20,000 bases of DNA, taken from the IMG/VR virus record IMGVR_UViG_3300041955_000566; one strand, written 5' to 3'. This DNA is from an uncultured virus (IMG/VR IMGVR_UViG_3300041955_000566) (taxonomy: Duplodnaviria; Heunggongvirae; Uroviricota; Caudoviricetes). A program made the position numbers and the translations under genes. The notes under the pieces are model-generated. The model was given only the letters and a program-made list of their open reading frames with translations. It was not told the origin of the DNA and made no database searches. This document shows positions 1-7,521 of the stretch, one piece after another (within the stretch, counting starts at the first letter, position 1; each line of letters opens with the position of its first letter).

Positions 1-191
1 TCATCGACGGCCAACCGGTTCCCGGCCATCGCTTTCTTGATGGCGAGGATATTGGTGTTCTTGTTCTCTGGGTCACCGATCTGCGCGGCGATCTGCTCTG
101 CGATGCGCTCGCGTTCCGCACGCTCTTTGGTAACCGTGGCGTAGGAGCCTTTCGGTCGGCCAGCGTTTGGGCGGTATCCACCTCTTGGCAT
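1..191 (-). CDS. Probable terminase small subunit, N-terminal part (runs off window)
   Basis: Manual translation MPRGGYRPNAGRPKGSYATVTKERAERERIAEQ...; the GGxRxxAGRPKG start is typical of TerS-like proteins; located at the end of the accessory gene run. Confidence 0.6.
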   Translation of the reverse strand, partial: MPRGGYRPNAGRPKGSYATVTKERAERERIAEQIAAQIGDPENKNTNILAIKKAMAGNRLAVD

Positions 192-281
192 CGGGCTAAT
201 ATGGGCCAGAAAATCAAAATAATCAAACGTGTTTTGATTTCTCTATAGTCGCTAAGCGATATGCAGCTCTACGTTTTCGCA

Positions 282-389
282 TCAGTTCTCTCTGGTATAC
301 CCGACGATCGAAGATTCCGGTATAAACGGATCATCAGCGGCCCACCCTTGCAGGCTTATCCAATGCGGCTCTCGTTCACTTAGTCGCAT
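282..389 (-). CDS. Small hypothetical protein (35 aa), possibly truncated
   Basis: MRLSEREPHWISLQGW...; strong AAGGAGG RBS upstream. Confidence 0.45.
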   Translation of the reverse strand: MRLSEREPHWISLQGWAADDPFIPESSIVGYTREN

Positions 390-394
390 CAAAT

Positions 395-410
395 CCTCCT
401 TTGATGTTTA
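395..410 (-). repeat. 16-bp exact direct repeat TAAACATCAAAGGAGG, copy 1
   Basis: Identical to 1359-1374; spans a stop codon and an RBS. Confidence 0.85.
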
Positions 411-530
411 CTGGCTCATGCTCTTGCCAAAGGCAGCCAAAAAATAAACAAGAATTGCGACAACGAGAGTGATACCTCCAGCGGCAAGTCCCCACCAAAC
501 TAGATCGCCTATCGTTATAGCGTGCTGCAT
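408..530 (-). CDS. Small membrane protein (40 aa)
   Basis: MQHAITIGDLVWWGLAAGGITLVVAILVYFLAAFGKSMSQ; GGAG RBS; one hydrophobic helix. Confidence 0.65.
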   Translation of the reverse strand: MQHAITIGDLVWWGLAAGGITLVVAILVYFLAAFGKSMSQ

Positions 531-721
531 GGGTCGCTCCTATTCGTGCATCTCGTCTCAACTGTTACCTGCTCAAACAAATCTAACTCTTGCAGGGGCC
601 GTGCAACTACAAAACAATTTTTGTCCACTAACCTAGCCCAACCATTTTGGATGGCGTCGATGCGCCATTCCCACCCTGTTTTCGGATTGCGCACCATGTC
701 CCCCTTACGCCATTCGGTCAT
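515..721 (-). CDS. Hypothetical protein, SH3/KOW-like beta fold possible
   Basis: WRKGDMVRNPKTG pattern; GGGAG RBS. Confidence 0.6.
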   Translation of the reverse strand: MTEWRKGDMVRNPKTGWEWRIDAIQNGWARLVDKNCFVVARPLQELDLFEQVTVETRCTNRSDPCSTL

Positions 722-735
722 GTTGCGCTCGCTCC

Positions 736-918
736 CTACTGTTTGAGGTCTGCTTTGAGATTCTTTATTTTTTGGCGCAACTCAGTTCCGCGCTTAACTT
801 TTTCTGCCGGCGATCGATAACCATGCGCGTAAGCCAGTCCAAATAATCCAGCCTCCGACGCCGTGAGCAATTCTATATATTCGTCGTAAGTGGCGATCAG
901 TTCTTTAATGTCTGCCAC
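736..918 (-). CDS. Hypothetical phage protein (60 aa)
   Basis: GTG at 918 preceded by GAGGAG, preferred over the overlapping start at 1035. Confidence 0.65.
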   Translation of the reverse strand: MADIKELIATYDEYIELLTASEAGLFGLAYAHGYRSPAEKVKRGTELRQKIKNLKADLKQ

Positions 919-928
919 GCGGTGCTCC

Positions 929-1156
929 TCAATTGTGTGCCGCATCGAGAATATCAGCGCATAGACGCAAACGGAGCGCGACCAAAGCATGATCCTGTTC
1001 CGGCGCGCCAAGTATCCACTGACCGTCTTTCCCATCGTGCATTGACATGATCGTGATTGCGGTCAGCTTCTCGGTTTTCGGGTTGTTGCCAAACATTGAC
1101 CGCAGATCGTCATGAAGCTTTTTCGCCTGTGCATACACGTCCTGATCTGCCGCCAT
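929..1156 (-). CDS. Hypothetical phage protein
   Basis: ORF with AGGA RBS that tiles with its neighbours. Confidence 0.65.
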   Translation of the reverse strand: MAADQDVYAQAKKLHDDLRSMFGNNPKTEKLTAITIMSMHDGKDGQWILGAPEQDHALVALRLRLCADILDAAHN

Positions 1157-1165
1157 GTGCCGATC

Positions 1166-1357
1166 CTATTTCGTGTTTAAGTCGCTATGGTTTTTGCGAA
1201 CACGGTTTTTTAGCAGCGCCCCGTACTCGCACGTACACTCGCCGGCATAAATGCAGGCTTCTATGTCCTGCATACCGGCGACGTTGAACGGACACGGGGC
1301 GCGACCAAGCGCTTCCTCTAGCGCCTTGATGCGATTATTTCGTGTTGTCATCGCCAC
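1166..1357 (-). CDS. Hypothetical Cys-rich protein
   Basis: AAGGAGG RBS; tiles the operon. Confidence 0.6.
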   Translation of the reverse strand: MAMTTRNNRIKALEEALGRAPCPFNVAGMQDIEACIYAGECTCEYGALLKNRVRKNHSDLNTK

Positions 1358-1358
1358 G

Positions 1359-1374
1359 CCTCCTTTGATGTTTA
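1359..1374 (-). repeat. 16-bp exact direct repeat TAAACATCAAAGGAGG, copy 2
   Basis: Identical to 395-410. Confidence 0.85.
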
Positions 1375-1532
1375 TAGTGGCCCGCCACGGCGGCTTACGG
1401 AATGTCTAGCTACAATTCGCCGTATCGGTTGCCCCAGTGTGCGCGGTCTATAGGACTGCGTAGTAACCAGGGACCTTCCTTCGGCTACCCGCCGCGAGCG
1501 TGGACGGCGCAGGACATTCACCACTAGTTCTC

Positions 1533-1622
1533 CTATGTGTTCTTTAGTACCATAATAGCAACAATAAAAGCCGCGATCAAAAATGATCCCGCAAGCAAGA
1601 TTACAGATGGTGTTATTTTCAT
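1533..1622 (-). CDS. Small membrane peptide (29 aa)
   Basis: MKITPSVILLAGSFLIAAFIVAIMVLKNT; GGGAGG RBS; ATGA overlap with upstream gene. Confidence 0.55.
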   Translation of the reverse strand: MKITPSVILLAGSFLIAAFIVAIMVLKNT

Positions 1623-1777
1623 ATTCGCCTCCCTTCGCGGCCAAAATTATAAGCTCGCTTCAATGCAGCCATCATTTCCTGAACCCACGCCTCTCGGCGA
1701 TAGCGAATAGTTGCTTCGTCCGGACCACCAGGCCAGTTGTCCGGCAGCAATGCTTCGGCCTCTTGTTTGAAGTTCAT
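1619..1777 (-). CDS. Hypothetical protein (52 aa)
   Basis: MNFKQEAEALLPDNWPGG...; GAGGAAGG RBS; fills the operon gap. Confidence 0.6.
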   Translation of the reverse strand: MNFKQEAEALLPDNWPGGPDEATIRYRREAWVQEMMAALKRAYNFGREGRRI

Positions 1778-1789
1778 GCGCTGCCTTCC

Positions 1790-1972
1790 TCAAGTATTTG
1801 ACCTAAATTCCGCCAACGACGCCCACAACTCGCGTTTGTTCTTCCATTCTCGGTATGGAGTATTAGCAAGCAGTCGGATCATTTCAAGAGCGCGTCCGCG
1901 CAGTTCCGGTGACCAGGTTTCCGGAGAATTGGTAAGCATTTCAATTTTTGCTTCTCTGGCGTCCGGTGTCAT
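1790..1972 (-). CDS. Hypothetical protein
   Basis: MTPDAREAKIEML...; AAGGAAG upstream. Confidence 0.55.
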   Translation of the reverse strand: MTPDAREAKIEMLTNSPETWSPELRGRALEMIRLLANTPYREWKNKRELWASLAEFRSNT

Positions 1973-1986
1973 CAAACTCTTCCTTT

Positions 1987-2139
1987 TTAATTGACCTGAC
2001 ACCACCAGAACGCACGAACTGAATTATCGGTTACGCCAACAGGAATCTCTCTATCGTTTTTCAGGAAGCCGTATTCATAGCGACCATCAGACAATCGCTT
2101 GTAGTAGGTCGAGTGCGCCCATTTGCTAATGGCTGGCAT
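1987..2139 (-). CDS. Hypothetical protein (50 aa)
   Basis: MPAISKWAHSTYYKRLSDGRYEYGF...; AAGGAG RBS. Confidence 0.6.
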   Translation of the reverse strand: MPAISKWAHSTYYKRLSDGRYEYGFLKNDREIPVGVTDNSVRAFWWCQVN

Positions 2140-2148
2140 GATCGCTCC

Positions 2149-2385
2149 TTAATCGTTGATTGGCTCTGGACAAGAACTGCAATATAGCAGACGACCGGCA
2201 TGGGTCAGTTGCCATCCCTTAACTGTGACAGGAAACCGTCCGCCGAAAGTGCGCTCCATTGGAGCGACGAGACCATCATCGCTCAGGTCCAAATAAATAA
2301 GCGCCCTTGATTGGAATGGAAGCCGGTCATTTATCTCAGCAGCAAAGACCCGCTCCAATGCTGCGATGACTTTTTTTGTTGCCAC
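2149..2385 (-). CDS. Hypothetical protein, winged-helix-like
   Basis: L..DGLV...WQLTHAGR pattern; GGGAG RBS. Confidence 0.6.
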   Translation of the reverse strand: MATKKVIAALERVFAAEINDRLPFQSRALIYLDLSDDGLVAPMERTFGGRFPVTVKGWQLTHAGRLLYCSSCPEPIND

Positions 2386-2404
2386 TTATACCACTCCCAT
2401 CCGT

Positions 2405-2593
2405 TTATCGGTTCGGTGCGTTATCGCGCAATTCATTGCCGTACATTGCTTTGAGTGCTGCGCCAATCTTGTCGCGCATCTGCTGGTCCCATTCGGTCCA
2501 CCATCCTTCGCGCAATGCATCTTGACGCACTGTATCAATAAACTGCGCGGCATCAGTGAGCGCGTCTCTAGCGAGTTCCATTGAAGATGCCAC
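2405..2593 (-). CDS. Hypothetical phage protein
   Basis: AGGAGAG RBS; tiles the operon. Confidence 0.6.
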   Translation of the reverse strand: MASSMELARDALTDAAQFIDTVRQDALREGWWTEWDQQMRDKIGAALKAMYGNELRDNAPNR

Positions 2594-2609
2594 GAAGCTC
2601 TCCTTTCGT

Positions 2610-2792
2610 TTACTGCCCCAAAAGTTCTAGCGTGGTTTTTTTCGATGCTTCACACATTGATTTAATCGTCGGTGCAATTTTATCGAGAACTTCGTCCAAA
2701 GTTTTTTCAGCAATCAACATCCCTTTGAGGTCCGGGCTAACTGCGTACCACAGGCCAGAACTACCTTCCTCGATTGTGATTATCATTTTCAT
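2610..2792 (-). CDS. HicB-like small protein
   Basis: IEEGSSGLWYAVSPDLKG..AEKTLDEVL resembles the HicB N-terminal fold; AGGAGG RBS before ATG 2792; no HicA partner seen. Confidence 0.5.
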   Translation of the reverse strand: MKMIITIEEGSSGLWYAVSPDLKGMLIAEKTLDEVLDKIAPTIKSMCEASKKTTLELLGQ

Positions 2793-2799
2793 GTGCCTC

Positions 2800-2979
2800 C
2801 TATTTCGTTGACGCAGGATAAGCATGACGAATTGCCGCAACAATCAAATCTCTAGCTGCCATATCGATTCTAATAGAACGTGCCCAATCATGGGCGGCGG
2901 TGAAAATTAGAGAGTCAAGAGTATTAGCTATATCGCGGGCTGACATTGAAGAAATATCGGTGTTTGGTTTAGTAGACAT
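2800..2979 (-). CDS. Hypothetical protein
   Basis: MSTKPNTDISS...; GGGAG upstream. Confidence 0.55.
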   Translation of the reverse strand: MSTKPNTDISSMSARDIANTLDSLIFTAAHDWARSIRIDMAARDLIVAAIRHAYPASTK

Positions 2980-3002
2980 TCCCCGCTCCCTTTCCGTATG
3001 GC

Positions 3003-3449
3003 CTACCAAGGCCAATCCCATCCAGTAAGCTTTTTGAATGCCATTCCAGAACGCGCGTGCCAGCTTGAGTGATCTAGTAGCTCAAGCTGCCGCGCGTAAT
3101 TTCGTTCGCGTTGGGTTGCAATTTTTACTGACATTGACCAGCTTCGTTTGGCAGCAAGATCAGGATCGAGACAACTGACGTACTGGCTGTTACGGCGAAG
3201 CTGCTCCTTGACAAATTCAGGAACGCCAACAAGGCGAGCGTAATCCGCGGCGGCAACCCTAGCCTTATTGTACTCGTCCATGCCAACCGGCACCCCATAT
3301 CCAGGCGCATATTGCGTGGAAGGAGCACCTTCAAGAGCGACGCCCGCAAGTTTTGCTATCTCTGAATCAGTTGCAGCTTTTGCCGCCAAAGGGGCGGCCA
3401 TCGGCGCAAGACCGAGAAATTTAGCAAAGCTGCGACGGCTCAAGTTCAC
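3003..3449 (-). CDS. Hypothetical protein with twin-arginine-like N-terminus
   Basis: MNLSRRSFAKFLGLAPMAAPLAAKA matches SRRxF plus AxA; AGGAGG RBS. Confidence 0.7.
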   Translation of the reverse strand: MNLSRRSFAKFLGLAPMAAPLAAKAATDSEIAKLAGVALEGAPSTQYAPGYGVPVGMDEYNKARVAAADYARLVGVPEFVKEQLRRNSQYVSCLDPDLAAKRSWSMSVKIATQRERNYARQLELLDHSSWHARSGMAFKKLTGWDWPW

Positions 3450-3461
3450 GCCACAATCCTC

Positions 3462-4760
3462 CTATTTTGTTTGCGTCTCAGCGAACATTCCAGCGTCGGC
3501 GTGAATGCGCCGCTCTGCCATGTCCGCATATTCTGGATTGAGTTCGATCAGGATTGCGTTGCGCTTTAGACGATCCGCCACCATGCCGGTCGTTCCTGCA
3601 CCGCCGAACGGGTCGAGTACCGTTCCGCCTTCAGGACAACCGGCCAAGATGCACGGTTCGATCAGCGCGGGTGGGAAGGTGGCGAAGTGGGCCTCAGAGA
3701 ATGGCTGCGTCGTGACGGTCCAAACGCTTCGCTTGTTGCGCTTTTCAAATATGCCGAAATTATTTGCTGGCCCGCGCGGTGCAGATTGGGGATGCGGGTA
3801 GGCATGGGCGGTATAAGTGTCTGTCGCTCGCCCAACGGCTTTCATCGGGCCATTCGTCTTGCCGGGAACGCGCTCGCTACCGCGCTGTTTGGGGACGTTT
3901 TGGCCCAGCCGCTCAATGCTGGCCTGCGAGAGCGGTTCGACGATGGCTTCCTGATCGAAATAATATCGTTCCGACTTTGCCAGCAGAAACAGATACTCAT
4001 GCGCCTTCGTGCAGCGATCGGTGACGCTTTCCGGCATTGGATTTGGCTTCGACCAAATAATGTCCTGCCGTAAATACCAGCCATCGGCGCGAAGGGCGAA
4101 CGCCGTCATCCAAGGAATGCCGATTAAGTCCTTAGCCTTGAGGCCGCTTGCACCATTCCGAACGGGCGCGCGGTTGCCACGTCCAACTTTACCGTCAGAA
4201 CTACCCCGCGCCTCGCTTTGGAGGTCCACACAGGCGCTCGCTCGGCCTCCGCCGTGGTCATAGATATATCCCTGTTTCCCGCAATCTCCGGGCTTGTGCT
4301 GGCCCTTCCGGGCGTCTCTGGCGTAGCTGTCGCCAAGGTTCAGCCAAAGCGTTCCCTCTCGGCGTAATACGCGATGGACCTCTCGGAAAATATCAATGGC
4401 ATGAGCGACATACAGTTCTGGCGTTGGCTCAAGCCCAAACACACCGCGCCAAGCCTTGCAACGCAGGCAGAAAGCGCCAGTTTCAGGATTAAGCGTGATA
4501 TTGTCGGCAAGCTTATCAGTGGCACGGCCAGAATGAAGGCCACCTTCCGCGCCATTCCTCTGACGCTGGCCACTTTTGCCGATTTCGCCCCATGTGTGTT
4601 CCCTTCCGATGCAGGCATCATTGCCGTCCCATATTGACGGCGCGACTCCGTAATCGCGCAAGCCCCAATAAGGAGGAGAAGTCACAACGCAATCGACTGA
4701 GCCGGCCGGCAGCCGTGCCAAAAGTTCTAAGCAATTTCCCTTGAGAATACGGACGGTCAT
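3462..4760 (-). CDS. DNA methyltransferase, N4-C/N6-A beta class
   Basis: VTSPPY catalytic motif, WSKPNPMPES, HFATFP, and VLDPFGGAGTT SAM-binding motif. Confidence 0.95.
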   Translation of the reverse strand: MTVRILKGNCLELLARLPAGSVDCVVTSPPYWGLRDYGVAPSIWDGNDACIGREHTWGEIGKSGQRQRNGAEGGLHSGRATDKLADNITLNPETGAFCLRCKAWRGVFGLEPTPELYVAHAIDIFREVHRVLRREGTLWLNLGDSYARDARKGQHKPGDCGKQGYIYDHGGGRASACVDLQSEARGSSDGKVGRGNRAPVRNGASGLKAKDLIGIPWMTAFALRADGWYLRQDIIWSKPNPMPESVTDRCTKAHEYLFLLAKSERYYFDQEAIVEPLSQASIERLGQNVPKQRGSERVPGKTNGPMKAVGRATDTYTAHAYPHPQSAPRGPANNFGIFEKRNKRSVWTVTTQPFSEAHFATFPPALIEPCILAGCPEGGTVLDPFGGAGTTGMVADRLKRNAILIELNPEYADMAERRIHADAGMFAETQTK

Positions 4761-5383
4761 CGCTTGCCTTTTTCCTTTAGCGCATCATTGATGATCTTGT
4801 GCTTTCCGCCCTTAAAGTTGCCGTTAAAGCTCGATGTAGAGATACCGAACTTAGTGGCGATGTCCTCAATCGAGGCGCGCGGGTTGCGAACCACAAACTT
4901 AGTGATCCGCTGCCGCATCTTTTCATCAACCTTCCGCTCGCGTCCCAACGATGCACCTCTTGCTTTCAACGCGGCCATTCCGGCCTTAGTCCGCTCAATG
5001 GTTAGTTGGCGCTCAAACTCAGCGAATGCACCAGCGATGGCGACGTACAAACGGCCCATTGCCGTTGTAATGTCGAAATTCTCTTGCAGACTTTTGAACG
5101 ACGCGCCAGCTTCCACGATCTGATCAAGCCGCGCATGAAGATCGCGCAATGAACGCGCCAGCCGGTCGAGCCGCCATACCACCAGCGTATCGCCAGGTCG
5201 CAAGTCCTTGATAGCAAGATCGAGTTGTGGGCGATTTTTAGCAGCACCAGAAATCTTTTCCTTGTAGATATTGAGACACCCGATTTTTTCGAGGGCGTCG
5301 GTCTGTAGGCTAAAGACCTGATCTTCGGTCGAGACACGGGCATAGCCGATATACTCGCCTTTGGCTGTTTCGGTCTGCGTCAT
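4757..5383 (-). CDS. Small serine recombinase (resolvase/invertase family) with C-terminal HTH
   Basis: IGYARVST catalytic Ser motif, VVWRLDRLARS, AEFERQLTIERTKAG, C-terminal SIEDIATKFGIS; start 5383 preferred over 5452. Confidence 0.95.
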   Translation of the reverse strand: MTQTETAKGEYIGYARVSTEDQVFSLQTDALEKIGCLNIYKEKISGAAKNRPQLDLAIKDLRPGDTLVVWRLDRLARSLRDLHARLDQIVEAGASFKSLQENFDITTAMGRLYVAIAGAFAEFERQLTIERTKAGMAALKARGASLGRERKVDEKMRQRITKFVVRNPRASIEDIATKFGISTSSFNGNFKGGKHKIINDALKEKGKR

Positions 5384-5493
5384 CGCCAACAACCTAGTTG
5401 GCTGACACGATAAAGTCAACAGCCTAGCGTCCGCCTTTTTGTTGACAGACACAAATTAAAGGTATATGCAGATTTCAAAGGTAGGAGATCGTG
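5384..5493. promoter_or_regulatory. Divergent promoter region / candidate res-like recombination site
   Basis: Five GYCARC-like half-sites in both orientations (5385, 5397, 5401, 5415, 5441); TTGACA at 5442; AGGAG RBS at 5483. Confidence 0.55.
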
Positions 5494-5655
5494 ATGGCAA
5501 TTTCTGACGTTCTATCTGAAGCTATTGAGGAAATTCGTTCCTATCTCAAGGATGATCCCTGCTACGCTGAACCGAACTTCCAAACGCGCTGCAAAAAGCT
5601 CGTAGCCGATATGGAAGCCATGCGGATCGATCTGGATACACCACCGAAACAATAG
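5494..5655 (+). CDS. Array cassette 1, hypothetical (53 aa)
   Basis: MAISDVLSEAIEEIRSYL...PPKQ; AGGAG RBS; TAG lies inside repeat R1. Confidence 0.75.
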   Translation: MAISDVLSEAIEEIRSYLKDDPCYAEPNFQTRCKKLVADMEAMRIDLDTPPKQ

Positions 5656-5666
5656 AGGCCGGAAAC

Positions 5667-6077
5667 ATGGGACAGATGGGAATTGGCGCGATGATCCACA
5701 TGCTCGGCGGCGGTTCCGAGCATTCGGCTTCGGAGTATTATGGCCGCACGATCTGCGGTGCCGAGATCGTGGACAATCGCCTGCGGCTCACCCTGGATGG
5801 CGGCCAAAAGATCGAGATTTGGGACAACGGACAGTCATGCTGCGAGAGCCGCTACATGACGTGCGACGACGATCTTAACTCTCTGTGCGGGCATAAGATC
5901 GTTCGCATCGAGGCGAAGGATGGGCCGAACCAGTCGGCCGACGATGACGAGCACGAAACCTGCTTCGTCGAGGTCGGCACCGACAAGGGTTTTGTCACCC
6001 TCACGAACCACAACGAGCACAACGGTTATTACGGAGGCTTTAGCCTCACGATTACCGAAGTCGCCAATCCACAATAG
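5667..6077 (+). CDS. Cassette 2, conserved phage hypothetical with QSCCE and HNGYYG motifs
   Basis: 136-aa ORF bounded by R1 and R2. Confidence 0.85.
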   Translation: MGQMGIGAMIHMLGGGSEHSASEYYGRTICGAEIVDNRLRLTLDGGQKIEIWDNGQSCCESRYMTCDDDLNSLCGHKIVRIEAKDGPNQSADDDEHETCFVEVGTDKGFVTLTNHNEHNGYYGGFSLTITEVANPQ

Positions 6078-6084
6078 AGGCCAC

Positions 6085-6324
6085 ATGGCTGAGATCGTGA
6101 GCATAAATCGAGAGACAGTGCCGGAATTTATCCGGCGCAATGGTCCTACGCTCACGCATGAGGTAGCTGCAAGATTTTGCATCGACCAAAAAACCGCGCT
6201 CGCTACTTTGAAGGGCCTTCAAGAAATGGGTCACTTAGCTTCGCGGCGCGTCCGGTATTGCGGCGGAGATCAAGCTGGATCGGGAGCCGGATACGAGTGG
6301 ATCGCAATTCCGACAGGCTTTTAA
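6085..6324 (+). CDS. Cassette 3, winged-helix-like protein (79 aa)
   Basis: ATG directly after R2; THEVAARFCIDQKTALATLKGLQEMG. Confidence 0.75.
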   Translation: MAEIVSINRETVPEFIRRNGPTLTHEVAARFCIDQKTALATLKGLQEMGHLASRRVRYCGGDQAGSGAGYEWIAIPTGF

Positions 6325-6338
6325 CAGAAAGGCCGCTG

Positions 6339-6545
6339 ATGACCAATGCCACAGCAGAGCGATTAAATGCGGCGGTCTATAAACATCGCCTGATGTGGAC
6401 TGATCTATCGGCCCGCGTTATGTCAAACGAAGGATGCCCGAAAGAGTTGGCCGATGAAATGGTAGCGCGGCTTATCGAAAAGAAATCATGTCCATTTCCG
6501 GTCGCCATCGCGCTGATTGATCTGATCGTCGAACTCAAACAATAG
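6339..6545 (+). CDS. Cassette 4, hypothetical (68 aa)
   Basis: ATG after R3, stop in R4. Confidence 0.75.
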   Translation: MTNATAERLNAAVYKHRLMWTDLSARVMSNEGCPKELADEMVARLIEKKSCPFPVAIALIDLIVELKQ

Positions 6546-6554
6546 AGGCCGCCG

Positions 6555-6788
6555 ATGCTGAAATACCCCGTAGCCGAAGGTGACAGGCTTATTTCCATTT
6601 CCTATCCCGGCGAGGATTTGGGCAAGACCACATACAAAGTGGGCACCCACGTTTACGGTATTAGCGTTGTCCGGCTTCCTGGCCCAATGGGAGAATACCT
6701 TGCGGCCAACGTAGTGTTTGAAGATGACCGTCCAGACATTATTGCGCCGCTCCACATGCTCCGCAATTTTGAAGTCCTTAACCCATAA
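6555..6788 (+). CDS. Cassette 5, hypothetical (77 aa)
   Basis: Bounded by R4 and R5. Confidence 0.8.
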   Translation: MLKYPVAEGDRLISISYPGEDLGKTTYKVGTHVYGISVVRLPGPMGEYLAANVVFEDDRPDIIAPLHMLRNFEVLNP

Positions 6789-6804
6789 ACGAAAAGGGCC
6801 AACC

Positions 6805-6981
6805 ATGAGCGACGGATTGCAGATGAAGTATTTTGTCCTCAAACCGAAGGGCAATGATCCCTATCATGCAGCCTCGCGAGCGGCGATGGTTGCCTATGCC
6901 GAAGCAATCCGCTCCACCAATCTTGAGCTTTGCGATGACCTACTAAAGTGGGTTATCCGCGAAACGCCTAGTCAACAATAA
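6805..6981 (+). CDS. Cassette 6, phage hypothetical (58 aa)
   Basis: MKYFVLKPKGNDPYHAASRAAMVAYA; bounded by R5 and R6. Confidence 0.8.
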   Translation: MSDGLQMKYFVLKPKGNDPYHAASRAAMVAYAEAIRSTNLELCDDLLKWVIRETPSQQ

Positions 6982-6989
6982 GGCCACTG

Positions 6990-7178
6990 ATGACCGACCT
7001 TACGGATAGCGACATTGTTAACGTCATCAAGGCCGAAAGAGCGGCTGAGAGAGCCGCCGAGCGCGAGCGGTGCGCTAAGATTGCGGACGCCGCCGCGAAG
7101 GGCGCGCTTACCGTGAAGGGCGTCAATCTTCATCACGGAACGGCAGCGGCGATAGCCGAGCGCATCCGTCAACAATAG
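6990..7178 (+). CDS. Cassette 7, hypothetical (62 aa)
   Basis: AERERCAKIAD motif common in small phage proteins; bounded by R6 and R7. Confidence 0.8.
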   Translation: MTDLTDSDIVNVIKAERAAERAAERERCAKIADAAAKGALTVKGVNLHHGTAAAIAERIRQQ

Positions 7179-7187
7179 AGGCCGCCA

Positions 7188-7391
7188 GTGGCACTAACAA
7201 GCAGATTGCAGACAATGCCGCGCTGGCAACGCGCCACGATAGATTTTCTTGGCTTATTTGCTGTCAGCGTGATTGCTATTTATTTTGGCGATGTGTTCCC
7301 TGGTCATAAGCTAATTGTCGGCGGTGTCTGCGGTTATATATGGGGTGCTACAATGTGGTGGCGGTGGGCTTGGATCAACGCAAACAACTGA
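7188..7391 (+). CDS. Cassette 8, two-TM membrane protein (67 aa)
   Basis: Two hydrophobic segments; bounded by R7 and R8. Confidence 0.8.
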   Translation: MALTSRLQTMPRWQRATIDFLGLFAVSVIAIYFGDVFPGHKLIVGGVCGYIWGATMWWRWAWINANN

Positions 7392-7428
7392 AGCCGCCGT
7401 TTGCAACAGGGTTTATATAGGTACAAAT

Positions 7429-7503
7429 CCTCGCAAGAGGTGAGCGCTGGTGCGCCAGGCAAAGCGGATATAGCAGGCTGGAATACCTGCCGCTCTCTCC
7501 CCA
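7429..7503 (+). ncRNA. Cassette 9, candidate structured (tRNA-like) RNA
   Basis: No ORF fits between R8 and R9; stems CCTC-GCAA-GAGG and GAGCG/CGCTC, the latter enclosing CTGG-TGCG-CCAG and GCAGG-CTGGAATA-CCTGC. Confidence 0.4.
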
Positions 7504-7521
7504 ACGATAGAGGCCGCCACG

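Noticed and set aside
1756..1768. Minus-strand AAACAAGAGGCCG resembling the cassette repeat
   Set aside because: Lies inside coding sequence rather than at a junction and has a 2-bp gap; likely chance
4757..5452. Tn3-family transposon or large serine integrase
   Set aside because: No transposase or terminal inverted repeats are visible, and the protein is too short for an integrase
7429..7503. Functional tRNA gene
   Set aside because: No canonical D arm or anticodon arm and no TTCRA T-loop
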